Shown in pieces: positions 9,023 to 18,188 of a DNA stretch of 64,000 nucleotides (the stretch's first letter is position 1; every line of letters begins with the position of its first letter). A model generated the notes under the pieces. The model saw only the letters and a program-made list of their open reading frames with translations. It ran no database searches and was not told the origin of the DNA. This stretch comes from an uncultured Planctomycetota bacterium (GTDB lineage Bacteria > Planctomycetota > Phycisphaerae > Tepidisphaerales > Tepidisphaeraceae), in contig CAWJEN010000006.1 of assembly GCA_963841915.1 (NCBI GenBank), positions 960,001 to 1,024,000 of the forward strand, in the 5' to 3' direction. The translations under genes and the position numbers were made by a program.

Positions 9023-10693
9023 TCAGAAGGCGGCTTCGACCGGGGCGGAGTAGGCGGCAAGCGCCTGCTTGATCTTGTCGGGCATGAGCGGCACGGTCCA
9101 CTGTCGGAGGAAGATCATCTCCCCGGTGATGGTCATCTCCATGACGGCATCTTTGCCGTAAATGTACCCTTGCGTCAGGGCGACGAGCGGATCGATCGGG
9201 CGTAGCTCGGGCACGTTGAGCACCGTGATGAGCGAGTCCTGCTGAAGCAACCGCAACACTTCCGGCACGCTGTCGGCTGCCACGCGGACGCGAAGCTCGA
9301 AGCCGATCGTGTCGAAGAACGCGTTGTGCGACGAACGTCCGGTCGGGCTGAGTGAAAAGTCCCTGTTCAGTTCAACGGCTGCGTCGATGGGCAGGTCGAC
9401 GCCTGCGCCTTCAGTTTCGCCGCCGGTTTGACCGGCTGGGCCCGTTGGGCCCGTCGGGCCCGTTGGACCGGTATTGGGGGTGGGATACGGCTGGGCCGGG
9501 GGCTGCGAGAAGTCGCCGCCCATGCCGCCGCCGCCAAACTCGCCACCGCCGTAAGGGTCGTTGCCGCCGTAAGGGTCGCCACCGCCGTAGGGGTTACCAC
9601 CGCCGTAGGGGTTACCACCGCCAAACTCGCCACCGCCACCGCCACCAAAGCCACCACCACCGCCGCCAGCAGCCGGGGGCGTAGTGCGGGTCGGTACGAC
9701 GCCGCTCGGGAACTTTTCAGGCACCGACAAGGAAAGCACGTGCTTGACCGGTGCCCCGATGATGTTCTGCTGCTCGGGCGGGAGCGACTCTACCGACACC
9801 CGATTCGCATTGGCGAGGTTGAACAGCACCTCTTCGAGCACCCAAAGCTGCATCTGCGCCTCGAAGATCTCCGTCTCGTCAGGCCGATCGTTGGACGAGC
9901 CGATCGGGTGCGTGCTCAGGGCGTCGGGGTCGAGGTACATCCGGTTGTCGGTCGCCCGGATGTATTTCAGGCCACGCTCGAGTTCGAGCAGTTCCTTTTG
10001 AATGCGCTCGTCGACGGCTTCGGGTGAGATGAACTCACCCGTCGAGCCATTCCTCGGCGAACTAGCTTCGATGGCGGCGACACGTTTTTCCTTGGCGGTC
10101 GCGAGGCCTTCGGCGTCCGGTGGCTGCGTCGCGCCGATGAGCCCTTGCAGCGAATCCTGCGGGTAGCTACCGATGTCGTTGTTGAAGCCACCTTCAATCG
10201 CAAGGTAAGCCTGGTACCGCCGCAGCCATTGGTCGCGACGGAACTGGTCACCCTGACCGGCAAGCGGCCAGACTTCTGCTGCTTCTTCGTAGTTTTCGGC
10301 CGGTGTCTTGCTTGGGTTGTTGAAGTTCAGCGGCAAGCGACGGTTGGCATCGACCTCGAGCGTCAGGAGTTCACCGGCCTTGAGACTGACAGCATCCATG
10401 ACTTCACGACCGACCCTGATCGTCGGCTCGTTCGGGAAGCCGGCCAACGTGTCGTCACCGGCAGAAAGTCCACCGGCTTTGAGCCGAATGTCGGGCCGCG
10501 ACTGCTCGCGTAAAGCGCGAAGCTCGGTGGCAACATCGGCCCGCTTCTTAACCTCTTGACGAACGTCGGCAAAGCCACCGTCGATGTAGAACAGGATCAC
10601 GCCGAGCGACGCCAACAGCAGCACGACGGCAGCGATGCTGACTGCGTTGCGTTTGGCGAAAGCGGAGATTTTCTTCCAGTCGATGTTGCTCAT
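9023..10693 (-). CDS. Membrane-anchored hypothetical protein, PilO-position gene of the pilM operon
   Basis: N-terminal TM helix plus coiled coil; GGxPYG repeats; lies directly after pilM. Confidence 0.7.
   Translation of the reverse strand: MSNIDWKKISAFAKRNAVSIAAVVLLLASLGVILFYIDGGFADVRQEVKKRADVATELRALREQSRPDIRLKAGGLSAGDDTLAGFPNEPTIRVGREVMDAVSLKAGELLTLEVDANRRLPLNFNNPSKTPAENYEEAAEVWPLAGQGDQFRRDQWLRRYQAYLAIEGGFNNDIGSYPQDSLQGLIGATQPPDAEGLATAKEKRVAAIEASSPRNGSTGEFISPEAVDERIQKELLELERGLKYIRATDNRMYLDPDALSTHPIGSSNDRPDETEIFEAQMQLWVLEEVLFNLANANRVSVESLPPEQQNIIGAPVKHVLSLSVPEKFPSGVVPTRTTPPAAGGGGGGFGGGGGGEFGGGNPYGGGNPYGGGDPYGGNDPYGGGEFGGGGMGGDFSQPPAQPYPTPNTGPTGPTGPTGPAGQTGGETEGAGVDLPIDAAVELNRDFSLSPTGRSSHNAFFDTIGFELRVRVAADSVPEVLRLLQQDSLITVLNVPELRPIDPLVALTQGYIYGKDAVMEMTITGEMIFLRQWTVPLMPDKIKQALAAYSAPVEAAF
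9543..9622 (-). repeat. 18-bp coding tandem repeat (GG[G/N][N/D]PY, about 4 copies)
   Basis: ccaccgccgtaggggtta-type units read directly; adjacent 9-bp GPT repeats at about 9435-9470. Confidence 0.85.
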
Positions 10694-10760
10694 CGTCGGT
10701 AGGGGCTGAGGCCGATGCGGCCGAAGGTGCGGTGGCTCAAACAGATCATCACGCGGCAGA

Positions 10761-13043
10761 TCATTCGACTGAGGCGACTTCACCGTTGAAGCCGGCGTCA
10801 TCACCCAGTTCCGTCTCCGGCGTCGGCGGCTTGTACGCCGGCGGATCGAGCTGGACGGCCAGGAGCACCTCAATGACCGAGTCATTGATCATCGACTCGC
10901 CCGTGACCGGATCGAGCAAAGACGGATCGTCGGCAGAGACCGGACCGGTGTTGCGACCGGGGCGGTTGTTGAAACGAGCGGGCTGGCGAGGCTGCGAGAA
11001 GCTGCCACCGGGGTTGCTGAATTCGCCGCCGCCGAAATCACCCATTGGGTTCCGGCGACCGTCGCGCGGATCTCGCGGGCTCCGCGGATCGACCGGCCCG
11101 GTTTCTTCAGGTTCTGGTGCGAGAACGGCCTGCCGGGCTTCATAACGCTCGCGAAGAGACTCCAGAACCTCGGGAGAATCCTTCAGCGGCTGCGCGTCGC
11201 TCATGCTGGCCAGCGAGATCTTGTAAGGCAGGTCCGGCCGCTCAGCGGACGGTGCCAACTGCTCCAGCCGCTGTCGAAGCGACTCCGAGCCGGCATCGCC
11301 CAGCAGGTCATAGACCGAGGGCCGCCCCTCGACCGAGGCAGGTGTCAAGAGCACGAGCTTGATGATAAAACCACGGCGCGGCCCTCCTTCGGCACCACCA
11401 CCAGCAGCGGCCGACAGATCACCAAAGCCGGCGTCGGCACCGTCGGCTGCGCCGCTCCGCGGCCGACTGCCCGACAGCACCAGTCGCGCGTTCGTGTAGA
11501 AGACGCTCGCGTTGTCGACGAGCGCACCGACGTCGTCGGTGTAGACGCTTTGCATCTCGTGCAGCTGCACAAACGTCCGCTGCGCTCGCGGCGTGGCAAC
11601 CACGGCAGCCTTGTCGGCTTCGTCGTAGGTTGTCGGGTCACCCAGTTGACCGGCCAATGCAGCCGCAACGTCGCCCCGTGGTCCGGGCAACGCAGTCAGC
11701 AAGTCGGCAGACAATCCCGGCCAGTACGACATGCCATCGCGGAGCGTGTTGACGTTGCGGACTATCTGTAGTTCTGCTACGCCGCCACCCGCGACGCTTT
11801 GCCATTCCGTGCCCAGACGGTTTGCCGTGTCTTTGATGGTTTTGATCTGATTCTGAGCATTCTGCCCGCGGGAAAGCGCGCCCTCGTTCAGGAGCAGCGA
11901 GGCCAGCGCGATCATGGCCGCGGCGACACCCATGACGCCGGCGGCGACGAAGAACTTTGTCTTGTCCCGCCACATCTTGTCCTGGCGGATGTGCGTCGGC
12001 AGCAGGCTGCTGGTGATGGCCGCGTCGCCGAGTGCCTGCAGGGCCAGGCCGTAGGCGCAGGTGCCGCTGAGCGTGTTCTCCGCCAACGCCGCCGCAGCCG
12101 ACGCGTCGTCGGGGCCGGGCACGTTGAATCGTTGCGGTTTCTCGACCGGCATCTGCAGGTTTTTCTGCAGGTAGCCGCTGAGACCGTTGAGCTTGAACCC
12201 GCCGCCGAGGGCGATGATCTTGCGGACCTCGACGCCGCTGTGGCCGCTTTGGTAGAAGCCGAGCGACCGCTGCACCTCGCCGACGAGCTCGCCGAACACC
12301 GGCCGCATCGCCTGGTAAATCTGCTTGGCGTACTTACTCGCCTTGGCACCACGCTTCATCTCCTCGGCCTTCTCGAAGTCGATCTTGAAGGCTTTGGCGA
12401 GTGCCTGGGTGAAGGCGTTGCCGCCGACGTCGAGCGACCGCATCCAGATGCTGTCGTTGTCGGCCACAATCATGTCGGTGCTCTCTGCACCAAGATCGAG
12501 GATGACGGCGTGACCCTTGTCCAGCCGAGCGTCGTTCCGCACCGCGTTGTAGACGGCCAGCGGGTTCGTCTGCACCGCCAGCACGTCCAGCTCTGCGTTG
12601 ACGAACGTCTGCACGTGCGAATTCACCAGCTCTTTGCGCATGGCAAAGATGCCGACCTCGACATCGGGGTCGTCTTCACGCTCAAACAGCTGATAGCTCC
12701 ACTCGACGTCGTCGAGCGGGAACGGAATCTGCTGAACCGCCTCGAACCGAACGATCTCGGGGATTTTCCGCGGCTCGACCGGCGGCAGCTTGACGAACCG
12801 GGCGAAGCTCTGCTGGCCCGTCACGCTGACGGCCACTGCCGTCTTGCGTGTGTCGTGACGGCTGACGAACTTGGCCAGGGCGGTCTGGACGAGCTCTTCG
12901 CGGTTGTCACCGGCCTCGGAAAGGATGGTGTCGTGTTCGATGGCCGCAAAGTCGGTCATCTTCACGCCTTCGGCCGTGCGTTGCAGCTTTACAGCCTTGA
13001 GCGCACGGTTGCCGATATCGATACCCCAAGCTGCGCTGGCCAT
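10761..13043 (-). CDS. pilM: Type IV pilus assembly protein PilM with long C-terminal extension (PilMN-like)
   Basis: WGIDIGNRALKAV, FEAVQQIPFPLDDVEW, ILDLGAESTD, GGNAFT (actin-like fold), then TM helix and periplasmic region. Confidence 0.9.
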   Translation of the reverse strand: MASAAWGIDIGNRALKAVKLQRTAEGVKMTDFAAIEHDTILSEAGDNREELVQTALAKFVSRHDTRKTAVAVSVTGQQSFARFVKLPPVEPRKIPEIVRFEAVQQIPFPLDDVEWSYQLFEREDDPDVEVGIFAMRKELVNSHVQTFVNAELDVLAVQTNPLAVYNAVRNDARLDKGHAVILDLGAESTDMIVADNDSIWMRSLDVGGNAFTQALAKAFKIDFEKAEEMKRGAKASKYAKQIYQAMRPVFGELVGEVQRSLGFYQSGHSGVEVRKIIALGGGFKLNGLSGYLQKNLQMPVEKPQRFNVPGPDDASAAAALAENTLSGTCAYGLALQALGDAAITSSLLPTHIRQDKMWRDKTKFFVAAGVMGVAAAMIALASLLLNEGALSRGQNAQNQIKTIKDTANRLGTEWQSVAGGGVAELQIVRNVNTLRDGMSYWPGLSADLLTALPGPRGDVAAALAGQLGDPTTYDEADKAAVVATPRAQRTFVQLHEMQSVYTDDVGALVDNASVFYTNARLVLSGSRPRSGAADGADAGFGDLSAAAGGGAEGGPRRGFIIKLVLLTPASVEGRPSVYDLLGDAGSESLRQRLEQLAPSAERPDLPYKISLASMSDAQPLKDSPEVLESLRERYEARQAVLAPEPEETGPVDPRSPRDPRDGRRNPMGDFGGGEFSNPGGSFSQPRQPARFNNRPGRNTGPVSADDPSLLDPVTGESMINDSVIEVLLAVQLDPPAYKPPTPETELGDDAGFNGEVASVE

Positions 13044-13220
13044 AGCGTGCTCCAAACTAACAAACGGTTGTCCTGCGGTTGCAAGCGGCGATCGACCGAG
13101 GGCGGCACTGGGCGTTGGTTGCGCAGAGGCGTGCCTGGCGGGGCGGTCGAAGTTGGGGCCGTCGCGTGCCGCGGCCGGGGCTGCCGGCCGACGTCATCGT
13201 ACCGGACCGCTGCCGATCCA

Positions 13221-14147
13221 TCAAGAAGCAACCGCCACGACATCGCTAGTTGCACCAATGCCACCCGCATTCACCGCCTCGTTCCACCGCTGACGGACGC
13301 GATCCACGCCATAATCGGACGACGGCTCGCCACGCTCGGGTGACTCCACAAGCCGCAACATCGCCCGCGTGATGTGCCGCGGCAGCATCGTCTCGCTCAC
13401 AAACCCGCTGCCTTGCATCTCGGCCACCTCGGTCGACACGATCGGCAAGCCGGTCGCGGCAGCGACGTGAGCAGGCCACGGGTCGCAAGGCCCCGTCGGC
13501 GTGAGCAGGGCGGCGTCGGCACGACCGGCCGCTTCCTCATACGTCAGCCCGTGCGTCGGCTCGATCATGTCCGGCAAACCCAGCTGATCGGCGAATCGGC
13601 GCGCCTGACGCAGCCGCGGAGCGTCGCCCGGTGCCAGCAGCATGCGGTGCGTCTGTCCCTGGCGGCGCATCAGCACGTACAACAGACACGCCGCCCACAC
13701 ACCCGACTGGAGCCCACTGTTCGGCCCGGCGTCGGCAGAAAGCAGCCAGCGAAACACACCGTCGTCGGACCGTGAAGCCTCAGCAACCGTCACAGGGGCG
13801 GGCATCGAGATGCCGCCAATGCGCTCCTGCTGGGCGTTGCCGTGGCACAGGAGTACCGCACCGCCGGTCGGGCGAGCTTCGTGTGGTTGCGGGCGATAAA
13901 AGATCGTCGGAATACCGACCGAGACAGCCGTGTCGAAAGCGTCCTTCGACCAGCAGACGACACGGGTCACCCGCATCTGACGTAACCGGATGGCTGTTCG
14001 AAGCCTCAGCAAAGCGTGGTCAAAGCGTGCCTTGAGCACGACACCGTCCGACGCAACAACGTCCAGGAGGCAATCCGGCGGACTTGCCACATCAACCAGG
14101 TGAATGAGCGGCGGCGACTCCACGGGCGGCGACCCTAGTCGGCCCAC
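13221..14147 (-). CDS. Divergent glycosyltransferase (GT-B)-like protein
   Basis: ADAALL...AAATGLPIVSTEV resembles the GT4 C-terminal motif; weak. Confidence 0.45.
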   Translation of the reverse strand: MGRLGSPPVESPPLIHLVDVASPPDCLLDVVASDGVVLKARFDHALLRLRTAIRLRQMRVTRVVCWSKDAFDTAVSVGIPTIFYRPQPHEARPTGGAVLLCHGNAQQERIGGISMPAPVTVAEASRSDDGVFRWLLSADAGPNSGLQSGVWAACLLYVLMRRQGQTHRMLLAPGDAPRLRQARRFADQLGLPDMIEPTHGLTYEEAAGRADAALLTPTGPCDPWPAHVAAATGLPIVSTEVAEMQGSGFVSETMLPRHITRAMLRLVESPERGEPSSDYGVDRVRQRWNEAVNAGGIGATSDVVAVAS

Positions 14148-14341
14148 CGCCCAAACCTCATGAAGCCCCCGTTCTTACCACAGGCACGGCCGCTGTTATC
14201 GGCCCGCCTGCGGCCGAATCCACAGGAAAAATCTGACGCAATTTTCTCCAGTCAATCTCGATTTCTCGTAAGTCGTTGGTGGAGAAACGCTAAAAATCCG
14301 GCTAAAGTTATCGGTCTTACTGATGTTGTGCGAGGCGTCAT

Positions 14342-14349
14342 GCCGATAC
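14342..14349 (+). promoter_or_regulatory. Possible sigma-28 -10 element upstream of flgM
   Basis: GCCGATAC (consensus GCCGATAA) in an AT-richer spacer; no correctly spaced TAAA -35 seen. Confidence 0.35.
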
Positions 14350-14444
14350 AAAGGGTGACGGCAGGGCGGACAAGCTCGATCGTCGCCGGTGTCGCAGCCG
14401 GCTGACCCGCAACGGACTCTTCACCAGACGCAACAGGACGCACC

Positions 14445-14729
14445 ATGAACATTAACCCCACCACCGCAGCGACCGCCACCACCGCCGCCAAGCTCAACAC
14501 GGTCCAGGCCAAGCAGGCCTACGGCATTCAGGACGCGCAGCCCAAGGCCAACGCCGACCGCGTCGAGCTGAGCAAGGCCGACGGCTTCCAGCGGCTCGTC
14601 GAGATGGCCAAGGGTGGCGACATCCGCGCCGACAAGGTCGCCGACATGAAGGCCCAGATCGCCGCCGGCACCTACGACCTCGACGCCAAGGCCGACACCG
14701 TCGCGGAGCGGATGCTCGAAGACTTCTAG
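14445..14729 (+). CDS. flgM: Flagellar anti-sigma-28 factor FlgM
   Basis: DRVELS...DIRADKVADMKAQIAAGTY...AERML. Confidence 0.88.
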   Translation: MNINPTTAATATTAAKLNTVQAKQAYGIQDAQPKANADRVELSKADGFQRLVEMAKGGDIRADKVADMKAQIAAGTYDLDAKADTVAERMLEDF

Positions 14730-14800
14730 GTCGACTGCCAATCCAGCGACACGCCCGCGGGCCGCCCGGTGCCGGCCCGCGGGCGTGCCTTTGATGCCCC

Positions 14801-15175
14801 GTGCCCTTTGCCATCACCATCCGACGCACGTTCTGCGCCGCCCACCGACTCACCTTCGCCAACGGCGTCGTTGAGCCGACGCACGGCCACAACTGGCACG
14901 TCAGCCTTACCGTCCGCCGCCACGACGGCCAACTCGACGACGCCGACTGCGTCCTCGACTTCCATGAGCTCGAACATCAGCTCGACGCGGTGATCGGACC
15001 GTGGAACAACAACGACCTCAACGCGTGCCCGCCGTTCGCGAGCGGTGTCAATCCCTCTGCCGAACGCGTGGCCGAGGCCATCGCGACCGGCATCGAGGTG
15101 CAGAAGGGCGTAATCGTCGAGCGTGTCGACGTGACCGAAGCCGAAGGCTGCATCGCCACCTGGCGAGCCGCCTGA
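14801..15175 (+). CDS. 6-pyruvoyl-tetrahydropterin synthase family protein (ExxHGH, PTPS-III-like)
   Basis: FCAAHRL, EPTHGHNW, VLDFHEL, NPSAERVA, VTEAEG. Confidence 0.85.
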   Translation: MPFAITIRRTFCAAHRLTFANGVVEPTHGHNWHVSLTVRRHDGQLDDADCVLDFHELEHQLDAVIGPWNNNDLNACPPFASGVNPSAERVAEAIATGIEVQKGVIVERVDVTEAEGCIATWRAA

Positions 15176-15238
15176 GGTTTATGAGTCGGTAGTGGCTGCC
15201 CGCTGAAGTGGCAATCGCGTTTGAGAAGAGCTTTCGAG

Positions 15239-16618
15239 CTAATCGTTGGTCTCGACGCCCGCCGCCAGATCTGCCAGCGGTTCATCGAAGCGGATCAGGA
15301 TGAATTCCGTCTCATCCGGCCCCTCACGCTCGGGGCGGCCGTCGGTGAAGGGGAAGTTGTTGTCGTTGCAGACGATGACCGTCCGCTCGTCGACGACGGC
15401 GACGGACTCGATCGTCAGGTACGGGAAGCGGAAGCGGTTGTTGCCGTCGCCATCGAGGTCGTCCGGATCGGCGAGGTCGAGGAGGTCGGCAGCATCACCA
15501 CGGGTTACAGCGTCGGGTCCGCCTGGGCTGGATGTCAATATCGAGAAAACTCGAAGCCGCTTGCCCCTCGAATCGTCTCCTTGCTCCGCGTCCCTCGTGA
15601 TGTACAGGAAGTCGACAGTTGCCTCCGCTAGCAGCATCGGTGGTGCTGAGAACCAGGTTGCGCCGCCAACTGCAGACGTGCTTTCGCTCAGGCTGATGGT
15701 CTTGAACGCCTCGTTGACGTCTGCCTTAGGCCTGTAGCTTGTCCCCAGCTGGAGGCGATAGATGCGAATGTCCTGCTCTCCCTCCATCGGCTTCTCCAGA
15801 AGGGCAACAAGTGCGTCAACACGAACGGTGGCGGCCCACGCCCTGAGATCCCGAAGCTCTTGCTCACTCAACTGCTCTTGAAGGTGTTCAGGTAATTTCG
15901 TCAGGTCAAGCGTGCCGTTACGAACTGCGGCCAGACCCTCGAACCCGGAACTCCGCCCAATCTTGGCCATCGCCGGGTCCTTCGTCGGGTGGTCCGGCGA
16001 GTGCATGCCCTCGCCCGGCAGGCCCACCGGCTCCTCCAGCAACCGGCCCTCGTCGTCGAAGTGCAAGAGAAACGGCCCGAACTCGTCGCCGATCCAGATC
16101 GTGCCGTCCGGCAGCAGGACCATCGACTCGACATCAAAATCCGCCCCCGTCAGCAGGCGATTGTCGCGGATCATCGCCGGGACCGGGATGTCGCTGCCGT
16201 GGGGGGCGGGGTACGTCTCGCCGTCGGCGACCGTCGGCCAGTCGATGAGGTCGTTCGGGTCGCTCAGGTGAAACGCCAGCTCCCAGGCGACCTCGCCCGT
16301 CTCGAAGTCGGGCGTGATCTTGTAGACGCACAAGAGGTAGTCGGCACTGTTGGCCTTCGTGCCGAAGCCGTTGTCGCTGAGGGCGTAGTAGCTGCCGGGC
16401 TCGCCCGGGATCGGCACGAGCGACGAGATGCCCCCGACCGGCTGCTTGTCGACGAACGGCGCACCCTCGGCCTCGATGAACTGCCCGCTCGTCGGGCCGT
16501 CGCGGAACGTGTCGGCCGGTAGCCGCGCCAGGCCGATCAGCGTCGGCTCGGCAAGCACCGGGGCGGCCAACAACAGCACGACACACAAGGCAGTTCGCAT
16601 CGACGGCCAGCGTCGCAA
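15239..16618 (-). CDS. Exported esterase-like/phytase-like family protein
   Basis: Signal peptide; ALSDNGFG, FDVESM, IGDEFGP, GFEGLA, NDNNFP. Confidence 0.85.
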   Translation of the reverse strand: MRRWPSMRTALCVVLLLAAPVLAEPTLIGLARLPADTFRDGPTSGQFIEAEGAPFVDKQPVGGISSLVPIPGEPGSYYALSDNGFGTKANSADYLLCVYKITPDFETGEVAWELAFHLSDPNDLIDWPTVADGETYPAPHGSDIPVPAMIRDNRLLTGADFDVESMVLLPDGTIWIGDEFGPFLLHFDDEGRLLEEPVGLPGEGMHSPDHPTKDPAMAKIGRSSGFEGLAAVRNGTLDLTKLPEHLQEQLSEQELRDLRAWAATVRVDALVALLEKPMEGEQDIRIYRLQLGTSYRPKADVNEAFKTISLSESTSAVGGATWFSAPPMLLAEATVDFLYITRDAEQGDDSRGKRLRVFSILTSSPGGPDAVTRGDAADLLDLADPDDLDGDGNNRFRFPYLTIESVAVVDERTVIVCNDNNFPFTDGRPEREGPDETEFILIRFDEPLADLAAGVETND

Positions 16619-16640
16619 TTTACGCCCTGGACGGCAAGCC

Positions 16641-18152
16641 TCACAGGAACGCGACGTCGCTCAGCCGCGTCCGCGTCTCGGCAATGAGGTGTTCGTCGAC
16701 CATCGGCCGATCGGGCTGATCGAGCCGCCAGATGACCAGCCGCTGCCGGTCGGCCGTCACCGCGGCAAGTCGGCCCACGCCGGCCGACAATTCCACGAGC
16801 TCGCCGTGGTCACACGCGTACGACAGTCGGACTGAGTCATCCAGCCCGACGACCTCGATGCCGCCGTCTCGAAGCAGGCCGGCGATCCGGACATCGCCCA
16901 GCCAAGGTACAACGCACGCCGACACGACAGGCCCGGAGAAGCTTGCGCCGCCTGTCGGACAGATTGCAATTGCATCTTCTTCAGGCGGATCAAGCACAAG
17001 GCATTTCACACTGCCGTCGGCCAGGACGGCCAACACGCCACCGCTCGGCCGCCGAAGCAGGGCAACGGTGTCGCCCTCTGCGTCGACATGCTCGACCGCG
17101 TCATGATCATCAGCCTTTACGCGGACAAGCGTTCGGCCACCCGCGGCCAGAACCGAACCCTTCGGCAGGGCGGCGATGGCTTTAACACTCGACAGGCCGA
17201 GCGTTTTCAGTGACAGGTCACGAATTCGCAGGGGCGCAGCGGCAGACCGCCTTCGGCACCAGACGCCGCTGACGCCTTCGCCGGTTCGGCCCAGCCAGAA
17301 CCAGTCGGCCGGTTCGCCTTCGTAGGGCGTCGAACAGGCATCGATGGCGCCAAAACCGCTCGCCGAGGTCGAGTCATCAAGGTGCGGCAAATGCCCGACG
17401 GCATCGTCCGGATCGTCGCCCGGCCAAACCGACAGGCCGTACCGCGTCCCGGCGAGCACCGTCGCCTGATCGTCGAGCATCACCACTCGCAACCGCCTGA
17501 TACTGCCGAGCGAGTCTGTGACCTCGGCGATGGTGGCCGTCGACCGTTGCGACCAATCGAGCACCTGCGACCCCGCAGCAACAAGCAGGCGGTCGTGATC
17601 TTTGTCGAACGCGGCCTCGTGCAGCTTGAGCAGCGTCGGCTTCTGGTCGGCCTCCGGTAGGGCGGCCAAGAGCCTGCCCGGCGGAACCTGCGGGTTCTTC
17701 CTCAGAATGTCCTCAAACGTCGCAAGAAGCGAGGCCGCGTGCCCCTCGGCCGCTCGGGCGGCGGCGGTCATCTCATTCAGCGCCTGCCGTTCGCGCAGCT
17801 GTGGGGCGTCGGCCACAACGCGGACGTTCGTCGCCTCGACTCCGATGGCAAAAAGCTCAGATCGTAACGCCTTCGTCAGCATCTCCGTCGGCGGATGGTC
17901 GAGCAGGTCCTGCGCGTCAACGGGCTCGACCTGCCGAACCGTCTCCAGCAGCCGTCTCTTGAGAATCGGCGTGTGCGACTGCATGGCCTTGCCGAACGGA
18001 AACCCGGCGGCATACGCGTTGGCAAAGGCGGCCTGATCGACAGCGCCGTCGTGCAGACGGGCGTCGAGCGTGACGGAAAGGTCGACGTCGAAGCCGTCGC
18101 GGCTGCGGATGCGGCCGGCGGGCAGTTGAAGACTCGTCACGTCGTCAGGCAC
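16641..18152 (-). CDS. Hypothetical protein, beta-strand-repeat (propeller-like) C-terminus
   Basis: 503-aa ORF filling the locus; ends LVIWRLD...SDVAF. Confidence 0.6.
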   Translation of the reverse strand: MPDDVTSLQLPAGRIRSRDGFDVDLSVTLDARLHDGAVDQAAFANAYAAGFPFGKAMQSHTPILKRRLLETVRQVEPVDAQDLLDHPPTEMLTKALRSELFAIGVEATNVRVVADAPQLRERQALNEMTAAARAAEGHAASLLATFEDILRKNPQVPPGRLLAALPEADQKPTLLKLHEAAFDKDHDRLLVAAGSQVLDWSQRSTATIAEVTDSLGSIRRLRVVMLDDQATVLAGTRYGLSVWPGDDPDDAVGHLPHLDDSTSASGFGAIDACSTPYEGEPADWFWLGRTGEGVSGVWCRRRSAAAPLRIRDLSLKTLGLSSVKAIAALPKGSVLAAGGRTLVRVKADDHDAVEHVDAEGDTVALLRRPSGGVLAVLADGSVKCLVLDPPEEDAIAICPTGGASFSGPVVSACVVPWLGDVRIAGLLRDGGIEVVGLDDSVRLSYACDHGELVELSAGVGRLAAVTADRQRLVIWRLDQPDRPMVDEHLIAETRTRLSDVAFL

Positions 18153-18188
18153 GACACGTCACCGTAGCAAGGCCCGCTAGCGTGGCCG

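Noticed and set aside
9543..9622. Short repeats resembling a CRISPR array
   Set aside because: Contiguous in-frame coding repeats with no spacers and no cas genes
14195..14340. AT-richer spacer with gaatccaca as a DnaA box/oriC
   Set aside because: Single poor match; better explained as the divergent promoter region of flgM
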